IMG/VR virus record: IMGVR_UViG_3300040971_000190
Location: 1 to 37,026 of that record
DNA length: 37,026 nt
Reading direction: 5' to 3' (one strand)
Origin: a virus
Lineage: Duplodnaviria; Caudoviricetes
Program-made: the position numbers and the translations under genes
The notes under the pieces: generated by a model
The model's database searches: none
Told to the model about the DNA's origin: nothing
What the model saw: the letters and a program-made list of their open reading frames with translations, nothing else
Shown: positions 8,862 to 18,849 of the stretch, one piece after another
Layout: the number at the start of each line of letters is the position of its first letter
How positions within the stretch are numbered: the stretch's first letter is position 1

Positions 8862-8980
8862 AATAGTAATCAAGTAAATGATTTTAGCCGGGTCGGACGG
8901 AGGCCCAGCGAAAACGGATTGGGCGCCGGTTCTATCATGGGCACGGCGCCCATTGATTCTTTAACCTCAGGAGGTGTGTT

Positions 8981-9418
8981 GTGGAAGGTACTCAGGATAG
9001 TTGGGTTAGTTTGGTGCAAGCGATATTGATGATTCTCATTACGGTATTGCTGCCGGTGTTGGCCGCATACGCGCGGGTTTTGCTGATGAATAAAATTGAT
9101 CAGGCGAAAGCTAATTTGACCAATGAGCAATACCAGGCAGTCAGCCGGGTGGTTGATGATCTGGTGCGCGCGGCTGAACAATACGATCTGGCGACAAAAA
9201 TAAAACGCGTGGGCAATGAAAAGAAAGCCTGGGTTGTTGGTGAGACACAGCGATATCTTGACTCTGTCAATTTCCCGATCGATACACAATTGATTTTCAG
9301 CCTGATCGAATCATCGGTTTACAACGGTTTTACCCAGCCGGATAAATGGTTGCCTGTAGTGGAAGAATTACCGGAATTACCAGCGGGTACCGATTATGGC
9401 TCCGAAAAAACGACCTAA
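8981..9418 (+). CDS. Holin (LL-H family-like)
   Basis: Single N-terminal TM helix, LVRAAEQ...GNEKK...LIESSV pattern; AGGAGG RBS; upstream of endolysin. Confidence 0.75.
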   Translation: MEGTQDSWVSLVQAILMILITVLLPVLAAYARVLLMNKIDQAKANLTNEQYQAVSRVVDDLVRAAEQYDLATKIKRVGNEKKAWVVGETQRYLDSVNFPIDTQLIFSLIESSVYNGFTQPDKWLPVVEELPELPAGTDYGSEKTT

Positions 9419-9431
9419 CAGGCGCAGACGC

Positions 9432-9893
9432 ATGAGCGAAACATTGATGATCACGCTGATCGGAGTCGCTTCAGGACTGATTACCTCAGTCCTGACTTAC
9501 CTGTTTACCCGCAGGAAAGATAAGGCAGATATCACGGATAAGCTGACGGATACTGCCGGGAAGCTGATCGACAAACTGAATGTGCGCCTGGATGATCTTG
9601 AAATCGAAAACAAGGATTTGCGACAACTCGCAAAACGGATGGATGAGCTTGAGGACGAAAACCGGGATCTGCGAAAAAAAATTGACCAGCAAGATCTGGA
9701 ACTTTCCAGGATCCGCAAGATGGTTGGCGACCTGACCGAAACCGTAAACCTGTACCGTGACCGGCTGAATTTCATGGTGATGATCGCGCGTGACATCATT
9801 TGCCAGTGTAAGGATGCCGGAATTATTCCAAAACGTAAACTGCCCGCATGGGCTGAGGAGTTTGCCCAATATGGATGCGACGACTCTGAGTAA
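9432..9893 (+). CDS. Membrane-anchored coiled-coil lysis-cassette protein
   Basis: N-terminal TM helix followed by long heptad-rich region; between holin and endolysin; start uncertain (9396 or 9432). Confidence 0.6.
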   Translation: MSETLMITLIGVASGLITSVLTYLFTRRKDKADITDKLTDTAGKLIDKLNVRLDDLEIENKDLRQLAKRMDELEDENRDLRKKIDQQDLELSRIRKMVGDLTETVNLYRDRLNFMVMIARDIICQCKDAGIIPKRKLPAWAEEFAQYGCDDSE

Positions 9894-10902
9894 TATCCAA
9901 AAAAGAATGCGTTACCCCAACCTGCCTATTCCTTCAGGAGAATTACCTGAGGGTAAAGGCATGTTTTTGTACGTGATCGACAGGATTGGAACAGCGGTAG
10001 AAGTGGCTGAAAAGGCCAAAGCCGCTGGTTTTGACTGGGTTGCGATCAAGGTCCAGAACGGCCGGTTGCTGACCGATGGCGGCAAGGATGAGCGCTATTT
10101 CCTCCAGCTGCCGATCAAGCAAATGTTTCAGGAACTGCAAAAACGCGGCATCCAGGCTATTGGCTGGGGGTATGTTTACCTGAACAGCGATGAGCAGGTT
10201 TTGTATGAAGCTGCCACAACGCTGGATGCCATTCGCCTTTATGAACCGGATGGCTGGATTATCAACGCCGAGGGTGAAGCACGCGGCCAGCATACCCGGG
10301 TACAGCGATATCTTGAAGGCCTGCGTCACTGGCTGAAAAATGATTATGTTCTGGGATATTCAGGATACCGGTTCCCAAAAACATACCAGCCGGATTATCC
10401 GATCAAGCAGTTTGCCACATTCTGTAATTATGCGGTTCCGCAGGTGTATTGGGTTGGAGCACATAACCCAGGTGAGCAGCTGGACCGGTGTCTGGCAGAA
10501 TATTTCGAACTGGACGCACTGTACGGAACACGCACAACGATCATCCCCGCGGGTGCGGCTTATCCATCCGGGAACTGGAAACCGAGCGTTACCGAACTGC
10601 GTTTGTTCTATACAGCCGTAAAGTCTCACCGGCTGCCGGGATGGACGTATTGGGAATGGTACTACGCCAAAAACGAACCGACCTGGTGGGCAGAGATTGC
10701 CAGCCAGATTGCCGATGAGGAAAACCCGAGCGGGGATTATAAGGCGCTCCTGTTGGAGTGGTTTGCCTTTTTAGGAATGGAATCTACCCGGATTGAAGAC
10801 GCTACAGAACAGGTTTTGCAGATGGCCGAAGATTTACGGGCTTATACGGCAGAAATTGAAGCCAAACGTAAACAGATTGAGGACCAACTGAAGCATGGAT
10901 AA
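9871..10902 (+). CDS. Probable endolysin, TIM-barrel glycoside hydrolase (GH25-like)
   Basis: FDWVAIKVQNG, GWGYVY, WIINAE, PQVYW motifs; position after holin; GAGGAG RBS before 9871. Confidence 0.65.
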   Translation: MDATTLSNIQKRMRYPNLPIPSGELPEGKGMFLYVIDRIGTAVEVAEKAKAAGFDWVAIKVQNGRLLTDGGKDERYFLQLPIKQMFQELQKRGIQAIGWGYVYLNSDEQVLYEAATTLDAIRLYEPDGWIINAEGEARGQHTRVQRYLEGLRHWLKNDYVLGYSGYRFPKTYQPDYPIKQFATFCNYAVPQVYWVGAHNPGEQLDRCLAEYFELDALYGTRTTIIPAGAAYPSGNWKPSVTELRLFYTAVKSHRLPGWTYWEWYYAKNEPTWWAEIASQIADEENPSGDYKALLLEWFAFLGMESTRIEDATEQVLQMAEDLRAYTAEIEAKRKQIEDQLKHG

Positions 10903-11578
10903 AGACGTGCTTTCCCTTCAGCAAAACGAAGACGGCGATATTTCGCCGATTTTCGCGTTTGACCAGGTACCAGCGCAGCCGGGAATATTCCCCGGCCTGG
11001 TGGATGAGGAACCCACGCCGCAAGCGATTGCCGATGTGGCCTGTTCCGCTTTGGATGGCCTGTACGAGCGCTGGTATACCGGAGATTTGAAGGAAAAAGA
11101 AAAATTATCGGTTGTGGAAACCGGCTGGTTAGCCATTTACCAGATTGAACGTGAGCGGGGACGTGATTTCCGCGTGGCGGCTTTGATTGCCTGGAAGTCC
11201 TGGCCGGGGGAGAAATGGCCTGCCAACCAGCAGGATCTGGCAAAAATGCTTGGTATGAAATCTGACCGGCGTTTTTACGTGTGGCGCAATGAAGATCCAA
11301 CTATTGATGAGGAAATCAACCTGATCTGGGAACGCATGATGGCCGACCAGGTGAAAGAGGTTGATTCCGTGAACTTGCAGGTTGCCAAACTGGCAGATTA
11401 CAAGGCCACCCAGGAACGCCGCCTGTTCTACCAACGGCGCGGATTGCTGGAAGGTGAAACCCCGGTACGGGTAAATATCAACAATATCCAGAATTTGAGC
11501 GAAGCCGAACTGGATAAACTGATCAATGCCGGAAAAGTACTGGAAGGCAAGTTTGAGGTGACCGATGATGGCGAATAG
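10895..11578 (+). CDS. terS: Terminase small subunit
   Basis: HTH-like QQDLAKMLGMKSDRRFYVWR; C-terminal LSEAELDKL; directly upstream of terL. Confidence 0.65.
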   Translation: MDKDVLSLQQNEDGDISPIFAFDQVPAQPGIFPGLVDEEPTPQAIADVACSALDGLYERWYTGDLKEKEKLSVVETGWLAIYQIERERGRDFRVAALIAWKSWPGEKWPANQQDLAKMLGMKSDRRFYVWRNEDPTIDEEINLIWERMMADQVKEVDSVNLQVAKLADYKATQERRLFYQRRGLLEGETPVRVNINNIQNLSEAELDKLINAGKVLEGKFEVTDDGE

Positions 11579-13223
11579 CGTTACCGAAAAACAGCATGAA
11601 ATTTTGCAGTTAAAGCAGAAGGCCGAACTGGTACGCGCCGAACGTGAAAAAGCCCGGCGGCACCTGTATGACTATCACCATTACATGCATCCCGAATTTA
11701 TCCGAGCCATCCACCAGGAGCTGATCGCCACAGAGTTGGAAAAGGTTTACCGCTATGTTGAGACCGGCGGCGATGAAGGCACCAGTAAACTGATGATTTT
11801 TGCCCCTCCACAAACCGGAAAGAGCACCATGACCAGCATGGATTTCCCGGCGTGGGTATTGGGTAAACGTCCGGATACGAAAATAGCGCTGACCTCCTAT
11901 GTTTCTACTCTGGCAGAACGCAACAGCCGTAAGGTACGCGATCAGGTAGAAGACCTGAAATTCAACCTTTTGTTTGGTGATCAATCGGTTGTGGATGTGC
12001 CGGTTGAACTGAGCCAGGATTCCCGTTCCGTAGGCGACTGGCTGATTGCCAAGCCGCATGAAGGCGGGGTATTGGCACGCGGTGTAGGCGGCGGTTTGAC
12101 CGGTTTTACCCAGGACATTATTGTTATTGACGATCCGTTCAAGGATCGTAAAGACGCTGAATCCGAAGGACGCCGTGAAGACGTATGGGATTGGTATGCC
12201 TCTCAGATTGTTACCCGAATTCGGCGCGGCGTAGCACAAATATTGATGCATACGCGCTGGAATAATGACGATTTGGCCGGAAAGTTATTAAAACAAATGG
12301 CTAAGCAGTCTGAGCGCAAACACTGGAAAGTGCTCTTTATTCCTGCTCTGGCATTGAACCGACCTGACGCTTTGCCAACGGCTGGCGGCAATGAAGTTCT
12401 ACCAACCACCGCAGAAAGCCCGGAAGAGGCATTGGATTTACTGGACAGCCTGGACCGGTACGCCAAAGACAGCGATGAGACGCGGCGTTTCATGGAACGC
12501 GGGGTTTACCTGCCTACGGAAGACCCACTGGGCAGGGAACCGGGAGAATCGGTCAATGAAGAAATGTATCCGGTTGAACAACTGACGGACAAACGGGAAA
12601 CAATTGGAGAGCCAGAATTCGCGTCGGTTTACCAGCAGATGCCAAAAACAAAGTCCGGGCAGATGTTCCCGCGTGAAAAGATAAAAATCTTACCCACGTT
12701 GCCAGCCGGATGCGTATTTATGCGCTATTGGGATAAGGCCGGTACAGCAGGCGGCGGCGGTGCAAAATCATCCGGGGTTTTGATGGCCAAGACACCGGAA
12801 AAGCGTTATGTCGTTGTAGATGCTATTGCCGGGCGATGGTCCATATCAGACCGTAACAGCCAGATTGTCAACACAGCGGTCAGCGATAAAGCCAAGTACG
12901 GGATTATACCCACCTGGCTGGAACAGGAACCGGGATCAGGCGGCAAGGAAAGCGCGGAGATCTCCGTTATTGAACTGGCCGGATATGACGTCCATACCGA
13001 AACAATGAGCGGCCAGGGAGATAAAACCCTGAGAGCCGAACCGTTTGCCGCACAATGGCAGGTTGGCAATGTGGATTTACTGGTAGGGGATTGGAACGAA
13101 CTGTACCTGAAAGAACTTGAAGCATTTCCCTTCGGAACCATCAAGGATTTAGTTGATGCCTCTTCCGGAGTGTTCAATAAACTGGCTTTGATGAAGCCGA
13201 AACGCGAATCGAGGATTTACTAA
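11565..13223 (+). CDS. terL: Terminase large subunit
   Basis: Walker A PPQTGKS, Walker B IIVIDDP, HTRW.DD coupling motif, nuclease YWDKA and DLVDA. Confidence 0.95.
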   Translation: MMANSVTEKQHEILQLKQKAELVRAEREKARRHLYDYHHYMHPEFIRAIHQELIATELEKVYRYVETGGDEGTSKLMIFAPPQTGKSTMTSMDFPAWVLGKRPDTKIALTSYVSTLAERNSRKVRDQVEDLKFNLLFGDQSVVDVPVELSQDSRSVGDWLIAKPHEGGVLARGVGGGLTGFTQDIIVIDDPFKDRKDAESEGRREDVWDWYASQIVTRIRRGVAQILMHTRWNNDDLAGKLLKQMAKQSERKHWKVLFIPALALNRPDALPTAGGNEVLPTTAESPEEALDLLDSLDRYAKDSDETRRFMERGVYLPTEDPLGREPGESVNEEMYPVEQLTDKRETIGEPEFASVYQQMPKTKSGQMFPREKIKILPTLPAGCVFMRYWDKAGTAGGGGAKSSGVLMAKTPEKRYVVVDAIAGRWSISDRNSQIVNTAVSDKAKYGIIPTWLEQEPGSGGKESAEISVIELAGYDVHTETMSGQGDKTLRAEPFAAQWQVGNVDLLVGDWNELYLKELEAFPFGTIKDLVDASSGVFNKLALMKPKRESRIY

Positions 13224-15265
13224 TGAATTTATTTGATCGTTTCCGCTTAACACTGGCGAAGGGCATCAAGGCCAGTACGAACCTGACATTTATGCCGGAG
13301 TGGTACCGCTATTCAATTGCGCCACTGGCTTTCCGGGCCCTGATCATCCAGGGATATAAAAAGAATTCGGCTGTTTTTGCCTGCGTTACAGCGCTGGCAT
13401 TTGGTTTTCCTGAACCAAAACTGGATGTATATAAAGAACTGCCGGATGGCAGCACAGAAAAAGACCTGAAAAACAAACGGCTGCGCCAGTTATTGCTAAA
13501 ACCAAACCGCAGCATGAGCCAGGTTGAATTCATGCAGTTTTGCGTGGTATATGCTTCCCTGGGTGGTGAGGTGCTGATCTGGAAAGAGCGCAATGAGACT
13601 GGCGACGTGATTGGCCTATGGCCGTTTACCGTGGATGTGATCACTGCGATTCCTTCGACTGATACATCCAAAGGGCTGGTTGACCATTATGAATTGAACA
13701 ATGGGGAAGGCGCACCGCTAACTATTCAACCCAGGGATATCATCCAATGGAAGTGGATGGTTGACCCGCTGCGACCGTGGCGCGGTATGGGTGCATTGGA
13801 AGCCGCCTGGCAGGATGTGGCCAGCGACAACGAAGGCACCAGTTACATGTATTCTTTGCTAAAAAATAACGCGGTGCCACCGGTTGTGATTACGCTGGTA
13901 CAGGGCGACGAACTGACAGAGCCAAAAGCCAAACGGCTGAAGAAGCAATGGATGCAGCGTTATGGCGGCGCAAACCGGGGCATGCCGGTATTTTTGGAAG
14001 CGGGTATGACCGTTCAAAAAATGGCAATGAACCTGGAAGAGATGGCCTTTGAAGTGCTCAAAAACGTACCTGAAACGCGGATCTGCGCTGTCTTTCGGGT
14101 GCCTCCGGTAATCGCTGGTGTGAATGCCGGATTGAAACGATCGGATTATGGCGATAAGCATGCCCGGCGTGGATTTGTTGAGGACACTTTGGCATCCCTA
14201 TGGCGCCAGTTCTCTGCCGAAATGGAAAGCGGCTTGCATGAGGATTTTTACGGCGATTGGATTTTGCAATTTGACCTGTCTAAAGTGCGTGCTTTGCAGG
14301 AGGATGAAAGCCAGGTATGGACGCGGGTTACCCGCGCATGGCAGGCCGGATTGATCAAGCGATCGACCGGAAAGCGGATTCTTGGAATCCAGGTGGATGC
14401 TGAGGATGAGGTTTACTTTACGGATTTCTACGCGCTTCAGGACCCTAACGCCAGGGCTAACGATGGCGCGGAAGCCGAAAGCGGAAAACGCAAAACGAAG
14501 GCAAGAAAAGCGGATGTAACTGCGCTGATGGCCTCCCTGCGCGCCAAACGCGAAAGCACTACCCAGTCGATGATTCCGGTTGTGGAAATGTTTTTCTCAG
14601 ACCTGGCAGAAAAAATTGTGGCCCGGGCTGAAAACGAAAAGTCGTACCGCAAGGAAATTGGGATTACCGTAGAGGATTTGTTTGAGGATGAAGATTGGTC
14701 TGAATTATTAGAGGTCAATAAACGATTCATTCTCAATCTTTTGAGATTGTCCTGGGGTGATTGGAACACGATGCTGGATAGCGAAATGGCATTTGACCAA
14801 ACCGATCCGGCGATTACCCAAGCGCTGAACAATTCCGGAAGCCAGATCAAGGATATTGAACAAACCACAAAAGAAGCGGTCCAGGATTTGCTGAAGCATG
14901 CCAATGAAAACGACTGGTCAATTGACCAACTGGTACGCGGTGATGAGACGCACAAGGGATTGCGGGATCTGGTTGAACAAACCTATGAAGGACGCGCTGA
15001 AAATATAGCCCGCTGGGAACTTGGCCATGCACAAAACAGCACCAGCCTGGAACGCTACCAGGGCAGCGGTTTAGAAAAAGTTATGGTGCTGGATAACGGT
15101 TTTGACAACAGCAATGAAAACTGCAAATGGATCGACGGACAAATCAGGTCCCTGGCCTGGTGCGAAAGCAACCATCCGGGAGAAGGCCCGAGCGGCATTA
15201 AGAACCCATTGCAGCATCCGCGGTGTGTAAGGGCGTACGCGCCTTATTTTGATGATGAGGAATAG
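13223..15265 (+). CDS. HK97-family portal protein fused to a Mu gpF/SPP1 gp7-like minor head domain
   Basis: N-terminal portal motifs (NSAVFAC, GMGAL, RICAVFRVPP); C-terminal RAENIARWE...HPRCVRAY. Confidence 0.88.
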   Translation: MNLFDRFRLTLAKGIKASTNLTFMPEWYRYSIAPLAFRALIIQGYKKNSAVFACVTALAFGFPEPKLDVYKELPDGSTEKDLKNKRLRQLLLKPNRSMSQVEFMQFCVVYASLGGEVLIWKERNETGDVIGLWPFTVDVITAIPSTDTSKGLVDHYELNNGEGAPLTIQPRDIIQWKWMVDPLRPWRGMGALEAAWQDVASDNEGTSYMYSLLKNNAVPPVVITLVQGDELTEPKAKRLKKQWMQRYGGANRGMPVFLEAGMTVQKMAMNLEEMAFEVLKNVPETRICAVFRVPPVIAGVNAGLKRSDYGDKHARRGFVEDTLASLWRQFSAEMESGLHEDFYGDWILQFDLSKVRALQEDESQVWTRVTRAWQAGLIKRSTGKRILGIQVDAEDEVYFTDFYALQDPNARANDGAEAESGKRKTKARKADVTALMASLRAKRESTTQSMIPVVEMFFSDLAEKIVARAENEKSYRKEIGITVEDLFEDEDWSELLEVNKRFILNLLRLSWGDWNTMLDSEMAFDQTDPAITQALNNSGSQIKDIEQTTKEAVQDLLKHANENDWSIDQLVRGDETHKGLRDLVEQTYEGRAENIARWELGHAQNSTSLERYQGSGLEKVMVLDNGFDNSNENCKWIDGQIRSLAWCESNHPGEGPSGIKNPLQHPRCVRAYAPYFDDEE

Positions 15266-15275
15266 GAGGCCTGTT

Positions 15276-16046
15276 ATGGCAAAAAATAGAACAACTGAAA
15301 TCAAGGCGCTGCCGGTCACTATCAAAGAGATATCGGGCCGAATCGTTACCGGTTTTGCCAGTGTGTTTGGCGTGCTGGACAGTTACGATGACATCGTACA
15401 TCCCGGAGCGTTTGCAAAAACACTGGTTGAACAAAACGGCAGGATCAAGCATTTGTGGCAGCATGATTACTGGGCACCACCCACCGCGGTGATCCGCGAG
15501 CTGCGTGAGACCGGGCGGGATGAACTGCCTGATGATGTAAAAAACAAATATCCGGAAGCGACCGGTGGTTTACTGGTCAAGCGGGAATACCTGGACACAC
15601 CGCGCGGGAATGAAATTCTCTCCGGAATTGTTTCAGGTGCGATCAACGAAATGTCGTTCATGTATGACACCATCCAGCGCACCTGGGAAGAATTGCTGGT
15701 AAACGGTCAAACGATGGCCGTGCGCAATTTGTTCGAATTGCGTTTGTGGGAAACCAGTGACGTAATCTGGGGCGCGAATGCAGCCACGGTAGCCAGCAAA
15801 GGCGCAGGGCCGGTGGGTGTACGGATTGACCATTTATCTCATGAGGTGGAAAGCCTTATGGGTTTATTGGATGGGAATAAAGGCCGGGGACTGGATGCAG
15901 ACCGGCTTCGGACCGCGCTTGAGGCTGTGCAAGCAGCGCTCATCGATGAGCCGGAAACAACCAAAACAGTTGTAGACCACTCTCGATTGCAGTCCAAAAT
16001 GCGAGCCGTTGCCATGAAAATGCGCACACTCGAACTGCAAAACTAA
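15276..16046 (+). CDS. HK97-family prohead protease
   Basis: GFASVFGVLDSYDDIVHPGAF, LWQHD, EMSFMY, WETSDVIWGAN; AGGAGG RBS before 15276. Confidence 0.92.
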   Translation: MAKNRTTEIKALPVTIKEISGRIVTGFASVFGVLDSYDDIVHPGAFAKTLVEQNGRIKHLWQHDYWAPPTAVIRELRETGRDELPDDVKNKYPEATGGLLVKREYLDTPRGNEILSGIVSGAINEMSFMYDTIQRTWEELLVNGQTMAVRNLFELRLWETSDVIWGANAATVASKGAGPVGVRIDHLSHEVESLMGLLDGNKGRGLDADRLRTALEAVQAALIDEPETTKTVVDHSRLQSKMRAVAMKMRTLELQN

Positions 16047-16078
16047 TTTACTAAAAATCTTATTTTGAGAGGTCCATA

Positions 16079-17371
16079 ATGAAACGATCTGAAATGTTAC
16101 TCAAACAGGCATCCGAGAAATATTCTGAATGCCAAAAGCTGATGGGCACTGATGGCGCCGCACTCAGCCCGGAAAATGCTGTAAAAGTTGATGCTCTGCT
16201 GGCAGAGATCGACGGTTTGAATACCCAGGCTGAACAGGCCAAAAAAGCGGAAGCGCTGGAAGCCAAATTCAACACACCCGCGGTCAGCCTGCCAACAGGC
16301 GCAAAACGCGCTGGTGATCCTGATTTTGCTTCCGCGCAAAGCCCGGAAGACCGGCCGTTCAAATCGCTTGGCGAGCAATTGAAAGCCATCCGCGATTATT
16401 CAACCAAGAAAATCTATGATCCGCGTTTTGACGGATTGAAGATTTCAGGCATGAATGAAACCATCGACGATGAAGGCGCTATTCTCCTTCAGAAAGATTT
16501 CGCCGAAGGCATTTTTAAAGCCGCGTTTGATACCGGTACGCTGGCCAGCCTGGTACGACGCTACCCAATTGCTGGCAATTCCATGCGCATCCGTACCGTA
16601 GATGAGACCAGCCGGGTAACCGGTTCCCGCTGGGGCGGCGTGCACATGTACTGGGTCAAGGAAGGCGAAAAATTCGATTCCAGCAAGTTGAAATTTGGCG
16701 GGGTTGATCTGAAGCTGAACAAACTGGCCGGGTTATGGTATGTGACGGAAGAAGCGCTTGAGGATATTCCGTACATGACCAGCGCCGGGCAGGATGCCTT
16801 CACGGATGAAACAGCCTTCATGCTGGACGATGCGATCTGGGAAGGCAATGGCGCCGGGCAGCCTTTGGGTATGTTCACCTCCAATGCCAAAATTGAAGTG
16901 GCTAAAGAAGCCGCGCAGGCAGCGGACACAGTTGTGGCTGCCAACGTTGCAAAAATGTTCGCACGCATGCCAACCCGCAGTATAAAAACTGCCATCTGGG
17001 TATATAACCCGGATGTGTTCCCGCAGCTGGTGACCATGACCATTGGTGACGTGCCTGTATTTGTTGGTCCGAACGGCATCAAGGATGCCCCATTTGGCAC
17101 CATCCTGGGCCGTCCGGCATTCCCGTTTGAACCATGCAGCACCGTTGGTGACGCTGGCGATATCGCTTTCGTTGACCCGAAAGCCTACGGGATGATCCAA
17201 AAGGGCAGCGGGACCGTTTCACAGTCCATGCATGTCAAGTTTGAAGAAGATGAGATGGCCTTCAAAATCAAGATCCGTGTGGATGGCGCTCCTCTTCTCA
17301 AATCCGCTATCACCCCGTTCAAGGGCAGTAACAGCATGAGCACCATTGTTACTGTGGCCGCACGCGCCTAA
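16079..17371 (+). CDS. Major capsid protein (HK97 fold, N-terminal delta domain)
   Basis: Coiled N-terminus, WVKEG, GNGAGQPLG, GTILGRP, RVDG motifs. Confidence 0.95.
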   Translation: MKRSEMLLKQASEKYSECQKLMGTDGAALSPENAVKVDALLAEIDGLNTQAEQAKKAEALEAKFNTPAVSLPTGAKRAGDPDFASAQSPEDRPFKSLGEQLKAIRDYSTKKIYDPRFDGLKISGMNETIDDEGAILLQKDFAEGIFKAAFDTGTLASLVRRYPIAGNSMRIRTVDETSRVTGSRWGGVHMYWVKEGEKFDSSKLKFGGVDLKLNKLAGLWYVTEEALEDIPYMTSAGQDAFTDETAFMLDDAIWEGNGAGQPLGMFTSNAKIEVAKEAAQAADTVVAANVAKMFARMPTRSIKTAIWVYNPDVFPQLVTMTIGDVPVFVGPNGIKDAPFGTILGRPAFPFEPCSTVGDAGDIAFVDPKAYGMIQKGSGTVSQSMHVKFEEDEMAFKIKIRVDGAPLLKSAITPFKGSNSMSTIVTVAARA

Positions 17372-17389
17372 GCGTAATTTTGTTTATCA

Positions 17390-17417
17390 CCTGGCGGTTT
17401 CAACTGAGACCGCCAGG
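17390..17417 (+). promoter_or_regulatory. Stable hairpin after capsid gene (mRNA stabiliser or attenuator)
   Basis: CCTGGCGGTTTC-AACT-GAGACCGCCAGG; no T run. Confidence 0.5.
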
Positions 17418-17451
17418 CTATCAGAGTAAACCTGTAATCAAGGAGTTTGTG

Positions 17452-17922
17452 ATGGAAACTTTTGTTCAAGAAAAGAAAGTTGTTGAGGCAATAGCCCCGG
17501 CCACCAATGCAGCTGCATTGACCGGCGATTATGTCAGCATGCGCAACCTGCATAAGGTTACCGCTATTTTGCACATTACCCAGGGCAACGCGGCCACCAT
17601 CAAGGTGGACGTTCTGGAAGCTACATCCGTAGCGGGTGGCGGCGCTCAGGCGATTACTGAAACTATGCCGATCTGGGTAAACCAGGATCTGGCGGCCAGT
17701 GATGCGATGACACGCCAAACGGATGCCGCTGATTTCACCACCAGCGCCGCTGTAAAGCACAAGATGGTGGTGGTTGAAATTGACCCGGCAATTTTGTCGG
17801 AAGGTTTTGACTGCATTGCCGTGCGGGCTGGTGCTTCGGATGCGGCCAATATTGTCGAGGCAATATATGTGTGCGATCCGCGCTATCCTGGCGCTGATTC
17901 ACCGTCCGTGATCGTTGACTAA
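17452..17922 (+). CDS. Capsid decoration/cement protein
   Basis: Small Ala/Val-rich beta-type protein right after capsid; AAGGAG RBS before 17452. Confidence 0.65.
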   Translation: METFVQEKKVVEAIAPATNAAALTGDYVSMRNLHKVTAILHITQGNAATIKVDVLEATSVAGGGAQAITETMPIWVNQDLAASDAMTRQTDAADFTTSAAVKHKMVVVEIDPAILSEGFDCIAVRAGASDAANIVEAIYVCDPRYPGADSPSVIVD

Positions 17923-17929
17923 GTAAATG

Positions 17930-17971
17930 CGGGCCGGTTGCCAGGTGGGGTTCCACCTGGTCGGCCCGGTT
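17930..17971 (+). terminator. Long hairpin ending the high-expression head transcript
   Basis: CGGGCCGG..CCAGGTGG-GGTT-CCACCTGG-TCGGCCCG then GTTT. Confidence 0.5.
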
Positions 17972-17981
17972 TGGAGCTGTC

Positions 17982-18500
17982 ATGAGTAGTCTGGTTAGTC
18001 CTGCTGAAGTGCGTGTGCTGGTAAAAAATGGTTTATCGGATGTTGAGCTGCAAGCGGTCATCGACCGGGTTGAGGCTGAGATTACCGAACTGATTGGCGT
18101 GCCACAAGATGAATCGAATACGGTTGAGATCACTGAAACAATCCTCGGTGATGGCGACGGTGATTCTCTTTTTCTGCCTCAGCCGATCTACAGCGTTACC
18201 AGCATTACTGATGAGGATGCTGAAACGGTTGACAGTGACGATTACCGCGTGTTTGCCAAAGAAGGCCGGATTGAGGCTGTTGCGCCGTTCGCGTTTTTGG
18301 ATGAGGTTTATACGGTGGTTTACAAACCGTTGAACCAAAACTCGAAACGCAAGCGGGTAACGATTGAACTGGTGCGTCTGGATCTGAGCCGCTCGGCGAT
18401 GAAATCTGAAAACATTGCCGGTGAATATCAATTCAGCGCTCCGGATTGGAAGCTGGAACGCAACCGGCTGTTAAAAGAATTGACCTTTCAGGTGATATAG
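17982..18500 (+). CDS. Head-tail adaptor
   Basis: Synteny; LVSPAEV N-terminus and KSENIAGEYQFS motif. Confidence 0.7.
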   Translation: MSSLVSPAEVRVLVKNGLSDVELQAVIDRVEAEITELIGVPQDESNTVEITETILGDGDGDSLFLPQPIYSVTSITDEDAETVDSDDYRVFAKEGRIEAVAPFAFLDEVYTVVYKPLNQNSKRKRVTIELVRLDLSRSAMKSENIAGEYQFSAPDWKLERNRLLKELTFQVI

Positions 18501-18501
18501 C

Positions 18502-18849
18502 ATGATTGAATCCGGGTTTATCCATTTAGTCAGCAGTAAGCGCAATGTGGCCAGCGGTACGGATGCATTTAACAACGCAACGTATACCGAAACTACCATC
18601 CTGACCAATGAACCGTGTCGCCTGGTGGAAAAAGAGCGCACCTTTTTCCGGTCTGAAACTCAGGAGGGATCGGTTATTTCAGAATTCCGGCTGTTGATTG
18701 GGGATGTAAATATCATTCCGGATGACATTCTAACGATCACGCTTGAGGGTGGTACGGTTCTGAGTTGGAAATTCAGGGTGGTACGCATGCGCCAGCGCAG
18801 AACAATAGCCCTACACCATAAATCGGCTGTGCTTGAGGTGGTGCAATAA
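18502..18849 (+). CDS. Head closure (stopper) protein
   Basis: Synteny, size 115 aa, beta-rich. Confidence 0.65.
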   Translation: MIESGFIHLVSSKRNVASGTDAFNNATYTETTILTNEPCRLVEKERTFFRSETQEGSVISEFRLLIGDVNIIPDDILTITLEGGTVLSWKFRVVRMRQRRTIALHHKSAVLEVVQ

